Below the pieces are notes generated by a model that worked only from the letters and a program-made list of their open reading frames with translations, did not search any database and had not been told where the DNA came from. From a bacterium (GTDB lineage: Bacteria; Electryoneota; Electryoneia; Electryoneales; Electryoneaceae), in assembly GCA_020444265.1 (NCBI GenBank), contig JAHLLH010000002.1, positions 297,033 through 361,032 on the forward strand: a stretch of DNA of 64,000 bases, read 5' to 3'. Shown in pieces: positions 1 through 10,954 of the stretch; within the stretch, counting starts at the first letter, position 1; every line of letters begins with the position of its first letter. The position numbers were made by a program, and so were the translations under genes.

Positions 1-1
1 A

Positions 2-352
2 GCCCAGCCCCTTACCAATACAGAGGAAAGGGTAGCTGCTATCTGGAAAGAGGTGCTGCGTGTAGCGAGCATCGGACCGGATGACAACTTCTTCGATGCA
101 GGGGGCCATTCGCTATCGCTGATGAAAGTTCGGTCCAAGTTGGAGTCGGAGTTCTCAACAACATTGGATACGGTAGTCATGTTCACATATCCAACTGTTG
201 CAGGTCTGGCACGCTACCTTACCGGGAGAGACGATCCCGACAGGAACCAGCATACCAACCGTGGAGAGATCCGGCAACAACACAACGCTTCCATCAAGCA
301 ACAAAGACTTGCACGGCTGACTCATCGGAAGTCTAAAAGGAACAAGGAGTAG
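2..352 (+). CDS. 3'-end of an upstream NRPS gene (5'-truncated by window): peptidyl carrier protein (PCP/thiolation) domain
   Basis: Frame continues from position 2 with no start codon. Translation ...AAIWKEVLRVASIGPDDNFFDAGGHSLSLMKVRSKLESEF... contains the canonical PCP 'FFxxGGHSL' phosphopantetheine-attachment motif. Stop at 350-352. Confidence 0.8.
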   Translation, partial: AQPLTNTEERVAAIWKEVLRVASIGPDDNFFDAGGHSLSLMKVRSKLESEFSTTLDTVVMFTYPTVAGLARYLTGRDDPDRNQHTNRGEIRQQHNASIKQQRLARLTHRKSKRNKE

Positions 353-358
353 GGCCGC

Positions 359-3300
359 ATGGCATATGCGTTCCGAGGGGGGGACGGTTCCGAAATTGCT
401 GTTGTTGGACTGGCTTGCCGGTTCCCCCGTGCAAAGGACGAAAGGGAGTTCTGGGCTCTGCTTCGCGACGGAGCAGAAGGCATACGTACGTTTAGCGATG
501 ACGAGCTGCTGGCAGCCGGTCTCGATCCTGAACTCATTCAGGACCCGGACTATGTCAAGGCGGCCGGAGAGCTGGATGGTATAGACCGTTTCGATGCCAA
601 CTTCTTCGGGTACACTCCGCAGGAAGCCGCCACCCTGGATCCCCAGCAGCGGCTTTTTTTGCAGGAAGCGTGGAAAGCGCTCGAGAATGCCGGTATTGAC
701 CCGGGACGCAACGATTCAGCGATAGGTGTATTTGCAGGAATCGGCCATAGCGAGTACCTGTTTTCCCTGTCGAGTTCCAGCGATTTTGAACATGATCCTG
801 CAGGACGTTTCGCGTTGATCACCGGCAACGATAAGGATTTCGTTGCCACCCGGCTCGCATACAAGCTTAACCTCTCCGGCCCCGCGCTGACTGTACAAAC
901 TGCCTGCTCCACCTCCCTGGTTGCCGTACACCTCGCTTGCCAGAGCCTGCTCAACGGAGAGTCCGACACTGTCCTTGCCGGAGGGGTTTCGCTGCGCGTT
1001 CCCCACCCCGCCGGGTATCTCTACCAGGAAGGGATGATTGCATCGCCGGATGGTCATTGCAGACCGTTTGACGAAAAAGCTGCAGGAATTGTCCCCTCAG
1101 AAGGGGTTGCGGTAATTGTGCTCAAACGGCTGGAGGATGCACTCGAAGAAGGGGATCGCATCCGTGCGGTTATCCGTGGATCGGCGATCAACAATGATGG
1201 GTCCGAGAAGATCGGCTATACCGCGCCTAGTGTGCAGGGACAAAGTCGGGTGATTCAGGAAGCCCTCGCAGTCTCGGGTATTGACCCATCTCAGATTGGC
1301 TACGTTGAAGCCCATGGAACCGGCACAAGCCTTGGCGATCCCATTGAGATCGAGGCGCTCAACAAGGTGTTTGCCTCCCCGGATCGTACCCCCGGATCGA
1401 TGCTCGTCGGATCGGTGAAAAGCAACCTTGGGCATACAGATACCGCAGCGGGGGTGGCGAGTGTCATCAAAACCGTCCTGGCGCTGGAACATCGTCACAT
1501 CCCGGCCACCCTTCATTTCCAATCGCCCAATCCAAAAATCCGTTTCGCCGATGGTCCTTTTCGCGTCTGTGAACGTTTGACACCCTGGACAGCGATTGAT
1601 GGAATCCGTCTCGCCGGGATCAGTTCCTTCGGTATCGGCGGCACCAATGCGCACCTGGTGATACAGGAGGCGCCGGACTGGATCGAGGAACCGGAAAGCA
1701 AGTCAGATTTGCGACCGTTTGCGCTGTCCGCGAAAACCAATTGGTCCCTCCGTGAGCTCGCGAAGCGCTATGCCGATGCCCTGATTGAACGACCTGATTT
1801 ACGCCTCGAGGATATCGCTCACACAATCGATGTGGGACGGGCACGTTTCCCCGAAACCCTGCTTCTCGCGGCGAGCACCACGGAAGAGATGTACCGTGAT
1901 CTGCGCACGTGGCTGGATGATGAAGGGCAGGCATCGACCCTGGAGCTGCATTGTCCATCCAACGCTCCGAAACTGGCGTTTCTCTTCACCGGTCAGGGAG
2001 CGCAGACTCTTCGGATGGGATGCGGGTTGCTGAAGCAGGACCCGGGATTCCGGGCGAACATGGAGCGATGCGACAGCCTTTTTGCCCCGCATCTTGGTGG
2101 TTCGTTGTTGGAGGTGATTGATCCATCCGAAGGGGATGCGGAAGCGAAGGCGTCAAAATTGAACGAAACAGGCTGGACCCAACCGGCCCTGTTTGCGCTC
2201 GAGTATTCGCTTGCACAGTACTGGCGGGAACGTGGGGTGGTCCCGGACGCACTTCTCGGGCACAGCATTGGGGAAATTGCCGCTGCCTGTTTCGCCGGGG
2301 TCTTTTCGCTTGAGGATGCAGTTACCCTGGTGGCGCATCGTGCTTCCCTGATGCAGGCACTGCCGAAAGATGGGTCGATGGCGGTCCTCTTCACGGAGGA
2401 GGAATCGCTCACCCCATTGCTGGAAGCCGCAGACGGCCAGCTTGCCATCGCGGCTCGCAATGCTCCGGGAAGCATCGTGATCTCCGGTACCAGCAATGCT
2501 GTCACCGAGGTGTGTGCCCGGGCAAAGGAAAAGGGGATCGGCTCAAGAGAGCTGACAGTCTCCCATGCCTTCCATTCGCCCCTGATGGAGCCGATGCTCG
2601 ACACCTTCAGGGATAAGATCGCGGCCATTCATTTCCAATCCCCAAACCTGCCCCTGGTATCGAACCTCACAGGTGAGGTTGCCGGAGCGGAAATCGCCAC
2701 ACCCGACTATTGGGTACGGCAGGTGCGAGAAACCGTCCGCTTCCAAGCGGGTGTTGAGACCCTCCTGAACCAGGGGTTCAATCTTTTCCTTGAGCTGGGA
2801 CCCCGTCCTGTTCTGTGCCAGTTGGGACGTCAAACGGCTGATGCTGTGGGCAGCGAGTGCGGGTGGATTCCAACTCTCGTTCCGGCGAGTGATGACTCCA
2901 AACGGATGATGCTCGCAACCGGTGCGTTACAACGAGCCGGGATCAAAATGGGCGAGGATCAACCATCGACCGTCGGACGGATTATCGACCTGCCAACATA
3001 TCCCTTCGACGAGCGGTCCTACTGGTTGGCACCGCCAGCTTCCTCCAGGCAGGTTCAAACGCCGCATATCTACGCAACAGCCAATGCCCCCGCTTCGGAA
3101 GCGGGGCAGAACCGGGTTCCGAACATGGTTAGTCCCAGTGAATCGAATACCGTCCACAAGACGGATGTCCTTGAAGCGTTAACGGATGAGGTCAAGTCGC
3201 TGACAGGAGTTTCTGTCGACGAGGATAAAACAGAGGTGAACCTGTTTCATCTCGGCATTGATTCCCTGATGCTCGTACGGATACGTCAGGCGATCAAGAA

Positions 3301-5095
3301 ACGTTTCGGGGTTTCCCTCCCGATGGCTCAGTTCTACAGCGACCTGGACAGCCTGTCGAAGATAGCAGACGCCGTTTCTGCTCAGGTGCCGCAGGTTCCC
3401 ACAGTAACCCCTGCCCAGTCTCCGAGGACGATGCAATCTGACGGAGGCAACGGAGCCAGCACCCCTGTCAGGACCGCCCCAGCAAATCTTCCCCAGGGAA
3501 GAGCGGATGCTTCGGTGGTGGAACGTGTCGCGGCGATGCAGATCGAAGAGATGAGCCGTTTCATGGCGCACCAACTCGAGGTGTTGAGTGGTTCGCTTCA
3601 GGGGTCCACACCAGCCGAAGCGCCCGCAAAACGAGTTCCCTCGAAAGAAGCTCCCGAATACCGTCCTCAAAACCTCTCGATGTTCCAGAACTTTGAGGCC
3701 GAACACTTTACCGTGGAACAACAGGCCTTCCTCGATGATCTGATTGGTCGCTATACCAAGCGAACGCCGAAATCGAAAGATTCGATCGAAACCTATCGCC
3801 CCTGTTTTTCCGACTGGATCAATGCGGTTAATTTCCGCTTTTCATTGAAAGAAATTCTCTATCCCATCGTTGTCCATCAGTCCAAGGGTGCCCGTCTGTG
3901 GGATATCGATGGCAACGAGTACCTCGATCTTGCGATGGGCTATGGGGTTAATTTCCTCGGGAACCGTCCAGATTTCGTTGAAAAGGCAATCGAAAAGCAG
4001 CTCCATGAGGGCATTCAACTCGGTCCGCAATTCGACATGACCGGTGAAACCGCCAAAATGTTGTGCGACCTGATCGGCGTTGAACGGGTCACCTTCACGA
4101 ATACAGGCACCGAAGCGATGATGGTTGCGGTGCGGATTGCACGTGCGGCAACAGGACGGAAAACCATCGTTGTCTTCCAGGGGTCCTATCACGGCATGTT
4201 TGATGGGCTGATGGTTGCCCCGAGCGATGAGGGGACCCTGCCCGCCTTCCCCGGCATTCCTGAGGGAATGGTGGAAGATGTGATCATGCTGAACTACGGT
4301 TCGGAGGATTCGCTTGAGGAGATCCGCAAGCTTGGTCCCTCCCTCGCGGGGGTCATTGTCGAACCCGTTCAATCCCGCCGTCCCGGTTTTCAGCCGCGCG
4401 AGTTCTTGCACAGTCTGCGGGACCTGGCGGACAAGGATGGCTTCGCGCTCGTCTTTGATGAAATCATTACCGGGTTCCGTGTCTCCCCCGGTGGGGCGCA
4501 AGAGTATTTCGATGTACGGGCGGACATCGTCGGCTATGGCAAAGTGATCGGTGGCGGCATGCCGATCGGCATCATCGCGGGCAAGTCAAGGTTCATGGAC
4601 TTCATCGATGGTGGAACCTGGAAATATGGCGACCGCAGTCATCCCGAAAGCGGCACCACCATTTTCGCTGGAACCTTCTGCAAACACCCGTTGACGATTG
4701 CATCCATGCACGCGGTGTTGAGCCATTTGACGAAAGAAGGGCCGAAACTGCAGGAACGGGTGAATGCGATGGCCGCCCGTCTGGTGGATACACTCAATGA
4801 CTTCTTCGTCGAACAGGACGTCCCGATTCGGATTCGACGGTTTGCATCCCAGTTCCGTTTTGAATCCTTTGGTGAGTACGATCTGGCAAAAAACCCGATT
4901 GAGATGGAATTGCTGTTTTACCTGCTGATGCTGGACGGTATCTACACCTGGGAACGGCACATCTGCTTCCTCTCGACCGCACACACGGACGATGATGTGG
5001 ACCGGGTGATCGAGCGGACAAAAGCGGCAGTGATGGCGCTTCGTGCCGGAGGTTTTTCCTTCAGCTCAAACGTTAAAACCGGGTTGAAGGCATGA
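359..5095 (+). CDS. Type I PKS module fused to a PLP-dependent class-III aminotransferase (KS-AT-ACP-AMT)
   Basis: KS motifs: TACSTSLVAVHLACQ, EAHGTGTSLGDPIE, NLGHTDTAAGV. AT motifs: FTGQGAQ, GHSIGEIAAACFAG, AFHSPLM. ACP motif: LGIDSLM. C-terminal ~430 aa has glutamate-1-semialdehyde-aminomutase-like motifs (YLDLAMGYGVNFLG..., FDEIITGFRVSPGG..., VIGGGMPIG). Start overlaps previous stop by a few nt; stop overlaps next gene (ATGA). Confidence 0.9.
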   Translation: MAYAFRGGDGSEIAVVGLACRFPRAKDEREFWALLRDGAEGIRTFSDDELLAAGLDPELIQDPDYVKAAGELDGIDRFDANFFGYTPQEAATLDPQQRLFLQEAWKALENAGIDPGRNDSAIGVFAGIGHSEYLFSLSSSSDFEHDPAGRFALITGNDKDFVATRLAYKLNLSGPALTVQTACSTSLVAVHLACQSLLNGESDTVLAGGVSLRVPHPAGYLYQEGMIASPDGHCRPFDEKAAGIVPSEGVAVIVLKRLEDALEEGDRIRAVIRGSAINNDGSEKIGYTAPSVQGQSRVIQEALAVSGIDPSQIGYVEAHGTGTSLGDPIEIEALNKVFASPDRTPGSMLVGSVKSNLGHTDTAAGVASVIKTVLALEHRHIPATLHFQSPNPKIRFADGPFRVCERLTPWTAIDGIRLAGISSFGIGGTNAHLVIQEAPDWIEEPESKSDLRPFALSAKTNWSLRELAKRYADALIERPDLRLEDIAHTIDVGRARFPETLLLAASTTEEMYRDLRTWLDDEGQASTLELHCPSNAPKLAFLFTGQGAQTLRMGCGLLKQDPGFRANMERCDSLFAPHLGGSLLEVIDPSEGDAEAKASKLNETGWTQPALFALEYSLAQYWRERGVVPDALLGHSIGEIAAACFAGVFSLEDAVTLVAHRASLMQALPKDGSMAVLFTEEESLTPLLEAADGQLAIAARNAPGSIVISGTSNAVTEVCARAKEKGIGSRELTVSHAFHSPLMEPMLDTFRDKIAAIHFQSPNLPLVSNLTGEVAGAEIATPDYWVRQVRETVRFQAGVETLLNQGFNLFLELGPRPVLCQLGRQTADAVGSECGWIPTLVPASDDSKRMMLATGALQRAGIKMGEDQPSTVGRIIDLPTYPFDERSYWLAPPASSRQVQTPHIYATANAPASEAGQNRVPNMVSPSESNTVHKTDVLEALTDEVKSLTGVSVDEDKTEVNLFHLGIDSLMLVRIRQAIKKRFGVSLPMAQFYSDLDSLSKIADAVSAQVPQVPTVTPAQSPRTMQSDGGNGASTPVRTAPANLPQGRADASVVERVAAMQIEEMSRFMAHQLEVLSGSLQGSTPAEAPAKRVPSKEAPEYRPQNLSMFQNFEAEHFTVEQQAFLDDLIGRYTKRTPKSKDSIETYRPCFSDWINAVNFRFSLKEILYPIVVHQSKGARLWDIDGNEYLDLAMGYGVNFLGNRPDFVEKAIEKQLHEGIQLGPQFDMTGETAKMLCDLIGVERVTFTNTGTEAMMVAVRIARAATGRKTIVVFQGSYHGMFDGLMVAPSDEGTLPAFPGIPEGMVEDVIMLNYGSEDSLEEIRKLGPSLAGVIVEPVQSRRPGFQPREFLHSLRDLADKDGFALVFDEIITGFRVSPGGAQEYFDVRADIVGYGKVIGGGMPIGIIAGKSRFMDFIDGGTWKYGDRSHPESGTTIFAGTFCKHPLTIASMHAVLSHLTKEGPKLQERVNAMAARLVDTLNDFFVEQDVPIRIRRFASQFRFESFGEYDLAKNPIEMELLFYLLMLDGIYTWERHICFLSTAHTDDDVDRVIERTKAAVMALRAGGFSFSSNVKTGLKA

Positions 5096-8000
5096 CGTTC
5101 GCCGGGCGAGACATTTTCCCTGTTTCGTCGGGGGAAAAACGGCTGTATGCCCTCAGCAAACTGGAGGGAGGTGAGGCGCCCTATCACCTCACCGCCACCA
5201 TCCGTCTCGCCGGAGATATCGATGCAAGCCGTCTCCAGCAACACCTGGCAACACTGATTCAGCGTCATGATGCTTTGCGCAGTGGCTATGAGGTGGTTGA
5301 CGATCAGATCGTTCGCGTGCAGTACGATCATGTTGACTTCACCTGTCCCCTGCTCGAACGTTCTTCAGTCTCGCTGGACTCGCAAATTCGCTCGATCACC
5401 ATTCCCTTTAACCTGGCACAACCACCCCTGCTACACGCCGCGATTTTGCGTGAATCCAGCGAGGAGCACCTGCTCGTGCTGGATGTCCACCATATCGCGG
5501 TGGATGGCCTTTCCTGGAATACTCTGATCCAGGAACTGGAGATGTTGTACAACGGTCAGCAACTCGAACCCGATCCACCACAGATAAACGAGTTCACCTC
5601 CTCGCAACTTGCATGGCTCGAGACGGATGACGCAAAAAACCATGCTCACTTCTGGCAGGAGACCTTTGCTTCCGGCATTCCACGTCTCGAACTGCCCTGC
5701 GACCATCCTCGCCCAAAGCATCAGGATTTCACCGGGCAGGAACACCATTTCTCTCTGCCGGAAAGGTTGACCACTGCCTTGCGTTCCAGCGCTCGTGAGC
5801 AGGGAGTCACCCTGAACATGCTGCTGCTGGCTGCCTGGTCGCTGCTGTTGTATCGCCTGAGCGGGCAGGATGACCATGTGATCGGTTTCCCGACGAGTGG
5901 CCGATTTGACGAACGGCAACAGAAAATTGTCGGCATGCTGGCGGGTACTTCGATGGTGCGTCTCCGCCTAGCCGCCGACACTCTCTTCAGCCACTTTCTC
6001 ACCGTCGTCCGGGAAGAGCTGCTGGCCGTTTACCAGCACCTCGAATACCCTTTCGAGCAAATTGTTGAGGATGTGCAGGTACGTCGCGACCTGGCCCGAA
6101 ATCCGTTGTTCGACACGACCTTTGTGTACGAAGTGGCGGACGAACGATGGATCGACTTGAACGACCTTCAGAGCGACTTTCAACCTGCTCCAAAAGGGAC
6201 GTCGATGTTCGACATCGCCCTCGAAATCACCGACGCAAAGGGTGATTTGAGCGGTGCATTCGAATACTCGACTTCTCTGTTTGGTTCGGCGACCATCGAG
6301 CGTTGGGCTGGGTACTACACCCGTCTCCTCGAACAAATTGTCGCCCAGCCGGATACCCCTCTCAGCAAGTTTGATTTGCTGGACGAGGTGGAGCGTAAAC
6401 GTCTACTTGTGACGTTTAATCAGCCGGGTATTGCCGAACCTTACCCGGGTACCGTCGTCGAAGGTTTCCTTCGCATCGCGACGGAACATCCTGCCAACAT
6501 CGCACTTCGATTCGGCGACGAGGAAACCAGCTACGAGGAGCTGGCGACTCAGTCCCGGCGGATCGCCGGGTGGCTGGCGGAGATTGGGGTTGGACGTGGG
6601 GATCGGGTTGCACTCCTGCTACCTCGTTCTCCCGATCTGATTTTTACCCTGCTCGGTGTGCTCCGGGCGGGGGCGGCCTATCTGCCTCTGGACCCGGCCC
6701 AGCCGGACACGCGTCTGCAATCAATTCTCGATTCGAGTGGTTGCAGCCTCATGTTGGTGTCTGCAGGAACGATGGATCGTCTCGCCGATGCGGAATCCCT
6801 GCGTAGGGTAGATGTGGCCCTCATCATGGAAGGGTCCTCCGGCAAGTCGCTGCCGGAGGTTCACACAACTGACTCGGCTTACATCCTTGCAACATCGGGC
6901 ACCACAGGAATCCCGAAGCTCTGCCCCATCCGTCACTCGAACCTGATGAACTACATCGGTTGGGCGACGGGCAGCTATTTCGGTGATAACATGGAGGGGG
7001 ATTTCCCGTTCTTCACGTCCATCAGCTTTGATCTGACGGTGACCAGCCTCTTCTGCACGCTTCTGCGTGGACGAACCCTCGACATCCTGCCGGATGGGCT
7101 CGAAGCGAGTGAGTTGTTGCAGAGGATTTTCGGCCCCGAATCACGGGTGGACACGGTCAAGCTGACCCCTGCGCATGTGGGTGTCCTGGGCGAGCTTGGA
7201 TTGCTAGAAACGGGCATTCAACGTGTGATTCTCGGCGGCGAAGCGGTGACTCAGGATCATGTACATCTGCTTCAAAAGCTGAATCCCGCGATGGCGGTCT
7301 ACAACGAGTATGGTCCGACGGAAACGACGGTTGGCTGCACAATCAAGCGGCTTGCTCTGGATGAGAACACCATCACCATCGGTCATCCGATTGCGAACAG
7401 CCGTGTCTATGTGCTGGATGAAAACCGTGAGCCGGTACCGATTGGGGTCTATGGCGAACTTGTTGTGTCGGGTGCCGGAGTTTTCCAGGGCTACTTGGAC
7501 AATCCTGTTGCCACAGAGAAGGCGCTGATTCACCTGCCCTTCGATCCGGCGAAACGGGGGTACCGGACCGGGGACCGTGCGCGATGGCGAGCTGATGGCG
7601 AGCTCGAGTGTGCGGGGCGTCTCGATGGTCAGATCAAATTACGGGGCCACCGGATTGAACCGGGGGAGATTGAACAGGCGTTGCTTCAGCATCCCAATGT
7701 TCAGGATGCCGTGGTTGGCCTCCATGAACCAGGTGGCGAGCCGGAGTTGACCACCTGGCTTGTATTGGACCAGCCGGTCGATGCGCTCGAACTTCGGTCT
7801 CACCTCGCTGCGATGCTCCCCGAAATGATGATCCCAACACGTTTCAACCGTATCGATCGGGTGCCGTTGACGACAAACGGCAAACGTGACCTGCGCGCCC
7901 TGCTCGAGATGGAAGAGGCCCGGATCGAAAACGGCCAGGATTACATGCCGCCTTCGACCTCCCTCGAAAAGACCCTTGCTGCGGTCTGGCAGGAGGTGCT

Positions 8001-10926
8001 GAAACGAGACGTTGTCGGGATACGGGATAACTACTTCCTGCTCGGCGGCGACTCCATCAAGGCAATCCAGATTGTTTCACGGCTGGGGTCGAAGGGCATC
8101 CACCTCCTTTTCCGTGACCTCTTTGAACGGCCCACCATCGAAGCACTAGCACCAGTGGTACGCGGGCACGCAGTGGTCGCGGCGGAGCAGGGTCCGGTAA
8201 CAGGAGAGGTGCCGCTCAGCCCGATCCAACAGGAATTTTTCGCACGTCACCCCTTCCACCGTGCCCACTTCACCCAGGCGGTGCTGCTGGAGTGCGGGGA
8301 TCGGGTGGATCAGCACCAGCTCGAACAAGCGCTTGTTTCGCTCCAGGACCACCATGACGCGCTGCGCATGCGCTATGATTTCAGCGGTAGTGGCGTCCGT
8401 CAGCTCAATGCGGGACTGAACTATCCGCTGGCTTTCGAATTCGAGGATTTGCGCGGAAAGCCGGATGAATCCGCCGAGGCCCAACGTCTGTTAGCTGCGC
8501 TTCCGGCTAAGGTAAACCTGTCGGAAGGACCGATGTTGCGCGCGCTGCTGCTCCGGATGAGCGATGCGGACCGTCTCCTCCTGGCTGCTCACCACCTGGT
8601 GACGGATGGTGTTTCCTGGCGAATCCTGGTGGACGATTTGAACCGTCTGATGCAACATGCGGGAGAGGGAGAATCCGTTTCCCTGCCTGCCAAGACGAGT
8701 TCCTTCCGGGAGTACGCCCTCGAAGCGAAACATCTGCAAACCTCGGATGCTCTTGAAGAGGAAATGGAGTACTGGCGTGCCCTCTCTGAACAGCCACCAG
8801 CGTCACCAACCACATGGTTGGAAATGGGTGCTGGGACCATTGCGGAGCGAATCGACCTTGCTGGAACTCTCGATCCTGAGACTACCTCAACTCTTGTGCA
8901 GGCGTCCCGTTCGACCGGTCAGCCGTTACAACAGCTGCTGTTGACAGCACTCAGCCGGGCCATGCAGAAGGAGGGGACAGGTCTGCGCCTGATCGCTCTC
9001 GAAGGGCATGGTCGTGATGGCTGGTTCGATCAGCTCGATCTCACACGAACCGTCGGCTGGTTCACCACCATCTACCCCTTCCTGTTGCCAGAGGGTCGGG
9101 CTGGTGTCGAGGAGACGCTGGAAGAAATTCGCTCCTCGTTCGAAACTCTCCCTCGGCAGGGCGGGGGGTATGGGTTGCTTCGATGGGGCGGGCAAGATGA
9201 GATCAACGCCCACCCAAGCGTCCTCTTCAACTTCCTCGGTGATTTTGATACGGAGCAGGAGGAAGGTCCGTTCAAGCTGAGGATCGAACCCCTGGCCAAC
9301 ACCATCGGCCCGACCTACCCACGCTGGTATGAGCTTGAGGTCGAATGTTGGATCCAGAAGGGATGTCTTGAACTTCATCTCCTGGGCAATGGCAGGTGCA
9401 TGGACCGTGCGAAGCTCGAGACACTCCATCGCACGCTGCTAGAGGAAGTCGGACAGATCGCAGATGTTCTTGGAACGGGGTCTATGCTCCCGGAAGATGG
9501 TCCCCTGCCTGCCGATTCCGCCATCATCGAGAAAATTCTGGAGGTGCCAAAGGACCGCCTGGAGGAGATCGTTCCCCTCGCCCCCTTGCAGGAAGGGATG
9601 CTGTTTCATGCGTTGCAGGACCGGGACTCCTCCGCCTATGTGGAGCTCTTTTCACTCCAACTCGAGGGGGCGCTCGACTGGGAAACGTTTACACGCGCCT
9701 GGAGCAATCTGATAAATCGTCACACAATTCTCCGGACACGATTTGTTCACAGCGAAACGAGTCAACCTTGGCAGGTAGTGCTGAAGCAGGAGGATGTTTC
9801 GCTCGAATGGCTGGACCACATGGCCCTGAGCAACGAGCAGCAGGAGAAAGCACTTGGACAGTTGATCGAGCAGGAGAAACAGTCCGGGTTCGACCTCGAG
9901 AAGGGGCCGCTGATGCGTGCTGTTGTGGTACGCGAAGGGGAATGGAAGCACCGCCTTGTCTGGTCGTTCCATCACATGCTGCTGGATGGTTGGTGCATGG
10001 GGATTTTCTTCCGGGAGCTGTTTGAACTGCTGGATGATCCGGACCGCGAACTCCACCCGGCGCAGCCTTTTTCCACGTTTATCCGTCACCTCAAACAGGT
10101 TGATCGCAAGGCAGCGACAGACTTCTGGAAGACCAGCCTTGATGGTATCCGTCAACCGACCCGTTTCTGCCCGGTGGTCGATGGTGCGAACCCGCCCGAC
10201 CCAGCCAGTTCCGACCTGGTGCTCGATTCAGAGACCACCTCTTCACTGAAAGAGGTTGCAGCACGAGCCGGGGTTACTCTCAGCACGCTGGTCCGGACAG
10301 CATGGGGCGCGCTGGTCAGCCTTGATACGGGCCACAGCGATGTGATCTTCGGCGCTGTTTCTTCCGGACGGCCCGCCGACCTGGAAGGGGTCGATCAGAT
10401 GCTGGGCCTTTTCCTGACAACCCTTCCTGTGCGTGTCGGGCTGAGCTCGAGCGAGCCTATCACAGACCTGTTGAGACGGGTGCAGGAAACCGCGCTCGAG
10501 ATGGATGTTCACCAATACCTGCCCTTGCCGGACATCCAGATGCTCACACCTGCTGGTGGTGAACTGTTCGACCACATCCTCGCCTTCGAGAATTACCCCC
10601 TCAACCCGGAATCGCTGGGGAGCCGTAAGGAGGAACACCCCCTTCGGATGACGGATGTTCAATCCTTCGAGCAGACCCATTACCCGCTCACAGTTGAGGT
10701 CTATCCAGACCAGAACCTGACCTTCCGTTTCCTCTACGACTCGAACCGATTAACGACGGAGTGGGTGGAGGGGATCAAGGGACGATTGCAGGAGCTTCTG
10801 CTCAGGATGGTGGACCGGAGGAATGGTTCAATCGGAGAGTGGATCGACGATTTGAAAAAGCCGGACGACATGGAAGAGGAGCAGGCCTTCATCGCCTCAA
10901 CACTCGAGATCGACGACGATTTCTAA
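5092..10926 (+). CDS. NRPS: C-A-PCP-E-C
   Basis: C domain HHIAVDGLSW. A domain LATSGTTGIPK, NEYGPTETTVG, YRTGDRARW...LRGHRIEPGEIE. PCP LGGDSIKAIQ. Epimerization domain AAHHLVTDGVSWRIL preceded by PLSPIQQEFF. Second C domain WSFHHMLLDGWCMG. Acidic C-terminal tail (docking-like). Confidence 0.9.
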   Translation: MTFAGRDIFPVSSGEKRLYALSKLEGGEAPYHLTATIRLAGDIDASRLQQHLATLIQRHDALRSGYEVVDDQIVRVQYDHVDFTCPLLERSSVSLDSQIRSITIPFNLAQPPLLHAAILRESSEEHLLVLDVHHIAVDGLSWNTLIQELEMLYNGQQLEPDPPQINEFTSSQLAWLETDDAKNHAHFWQETFASGIPRLELPCDHPRPKHQDFTGQEHHFSLPERLTTALRSSAREQGVTLNMLLLAAWSLLLYRLSGQDDHVIGFPTSGRFDERQQKIVGMLAGTSMVRLRLAADTLFSHFLTVVREELLAVYQHLEYPFEQIVEDVQVRRDLARNPLFDTTFVYEVADERWIDLNDLQSDFQPAPKGTSMFDIALEITDAKGDLSGAFEYSTSLFGSATIERWAGYYTRLLEQIVAQPDTPLSKFDLLDEVERKRLLVTFNQPGIAEPYPGTVVEGFLRIATEHPANIALRFGDEETSYEELATQSRRIAGWLAEIGVGRGDRVALLLPRSPDLIFTLLGVLRAGAAYLPLDPAQPDTRLQSILDSSGCSLMLVSAGTMDRLADAESLRRVDVALIMEGSSGKSLPEVHTTDSAYILATSGTTGIPKLCPIRHSNLMNYIGWATGSYFGDNMEGDFPFFTSISFDLTVTSLFCTLLRGRTLDILPDGLEASELLQRIFGPESRVDTVKLTPAHVGVLGELGLLETGIQRVILGGEAVTQDHVHLLQKLNPAMAVYNEYGPTETTVGCTIKRLALDENTITIGHPIANSRVYVLDENREPVPIGVYGELVVSGAGVFQGYLDNPVATEKALIHLPFDPAKRGYRTGDRARWRADGELECAGRLDGQIKLRGHRIEPGEIEQALLQHPNVQDAVVGLHEPGGEPELTTWLVLDQPVDALELRSHLAAMLPEMMIPTRFNRIDRVPLTTNGKRDLRALLEMEEARIENGQDYMPPSTSLEKTLAAVWQEVLKRDVVGIRDNYFLLGGDSIKAIQIVSRLGSKGIHLLFRDLFERPTIEALAPVVRGHAVVAAEQGPVTGEVPLSPIQQEFFARHPFHRAHFTQAVLLECGDRVDQHQLEQALVSLQDHHDALRMRYDFSGSGVRQLNAGLNYPLAFEFEDLRGKPDESAEAQRLLAALPAKVNLSEGPMLRALLLRMSDADRLLLAAHHLVTDGVSWRILVDDLNRLMQHAGEGESVSLPAKTSSFREYALEAKHLQTSDALEEEMEYWRALSEQPPASPTTWLEMGAGTIAERIDLAGTLDPETTSTLVQASRSTGQPLQQLLLTALSRAMQKEGTGLRLIALEGHGRDGWFDQLDLTRTVGWFTTIYPFLLPEGRAGVEETLEEIRSSFETLPRQGGGYGLLRWGGQDEINAHPSVLFNFLGDFDTEQEEGPFKLRIEPLANTIGPTYPRWYELEVECWIQKGCLELHLLGNGRCMDRAKLETLHRTLLEEVGQIADVLGTGSMLPEDGPLPADSAIIEKILEVPKDRLEEIVPLAPLQEGMLFHALQDRDSSAYVELFSLQLEGALDWETFTRAWSNLINRHTILRTRFVHSETSQPWQVVLKQEDVSLEWLDHMALSNEQQEKALGQLIEQEKQSGFDLEKGPLMRAVVVREGEWKHRLVWSFHHMLLDGWCMGIFFRELFELLDDPDRELHPAQPFSTFIRHLKQVDRKAATDFWKTSLDGIRQPTRFCPVVDGANPPDPASSDLVLDSETTSSLKEVAARAGVTLSTLVRTAWGALVSLDTGHSDVIFGAVSSGRPADLEGVDQMLGLFLTTLPVRVGLSSSEPITDLLRRVQETALEMDVHQYLPLPDIQMLTPAGGELFDHILAFENYPLNPESLGSRKEEHPLRMTDVQSFEQTHYPLTVEVYPDQNLTFRFLYDSNRLTTEWVEGIKGRLQELLLRMVDRRNGSIGEWIDDLKKPDDMEEEQAFIASTLEIDDDF

Positions 10927-10954
10927 TTCAGGCATCGAGGATAGCCGGACGTCT

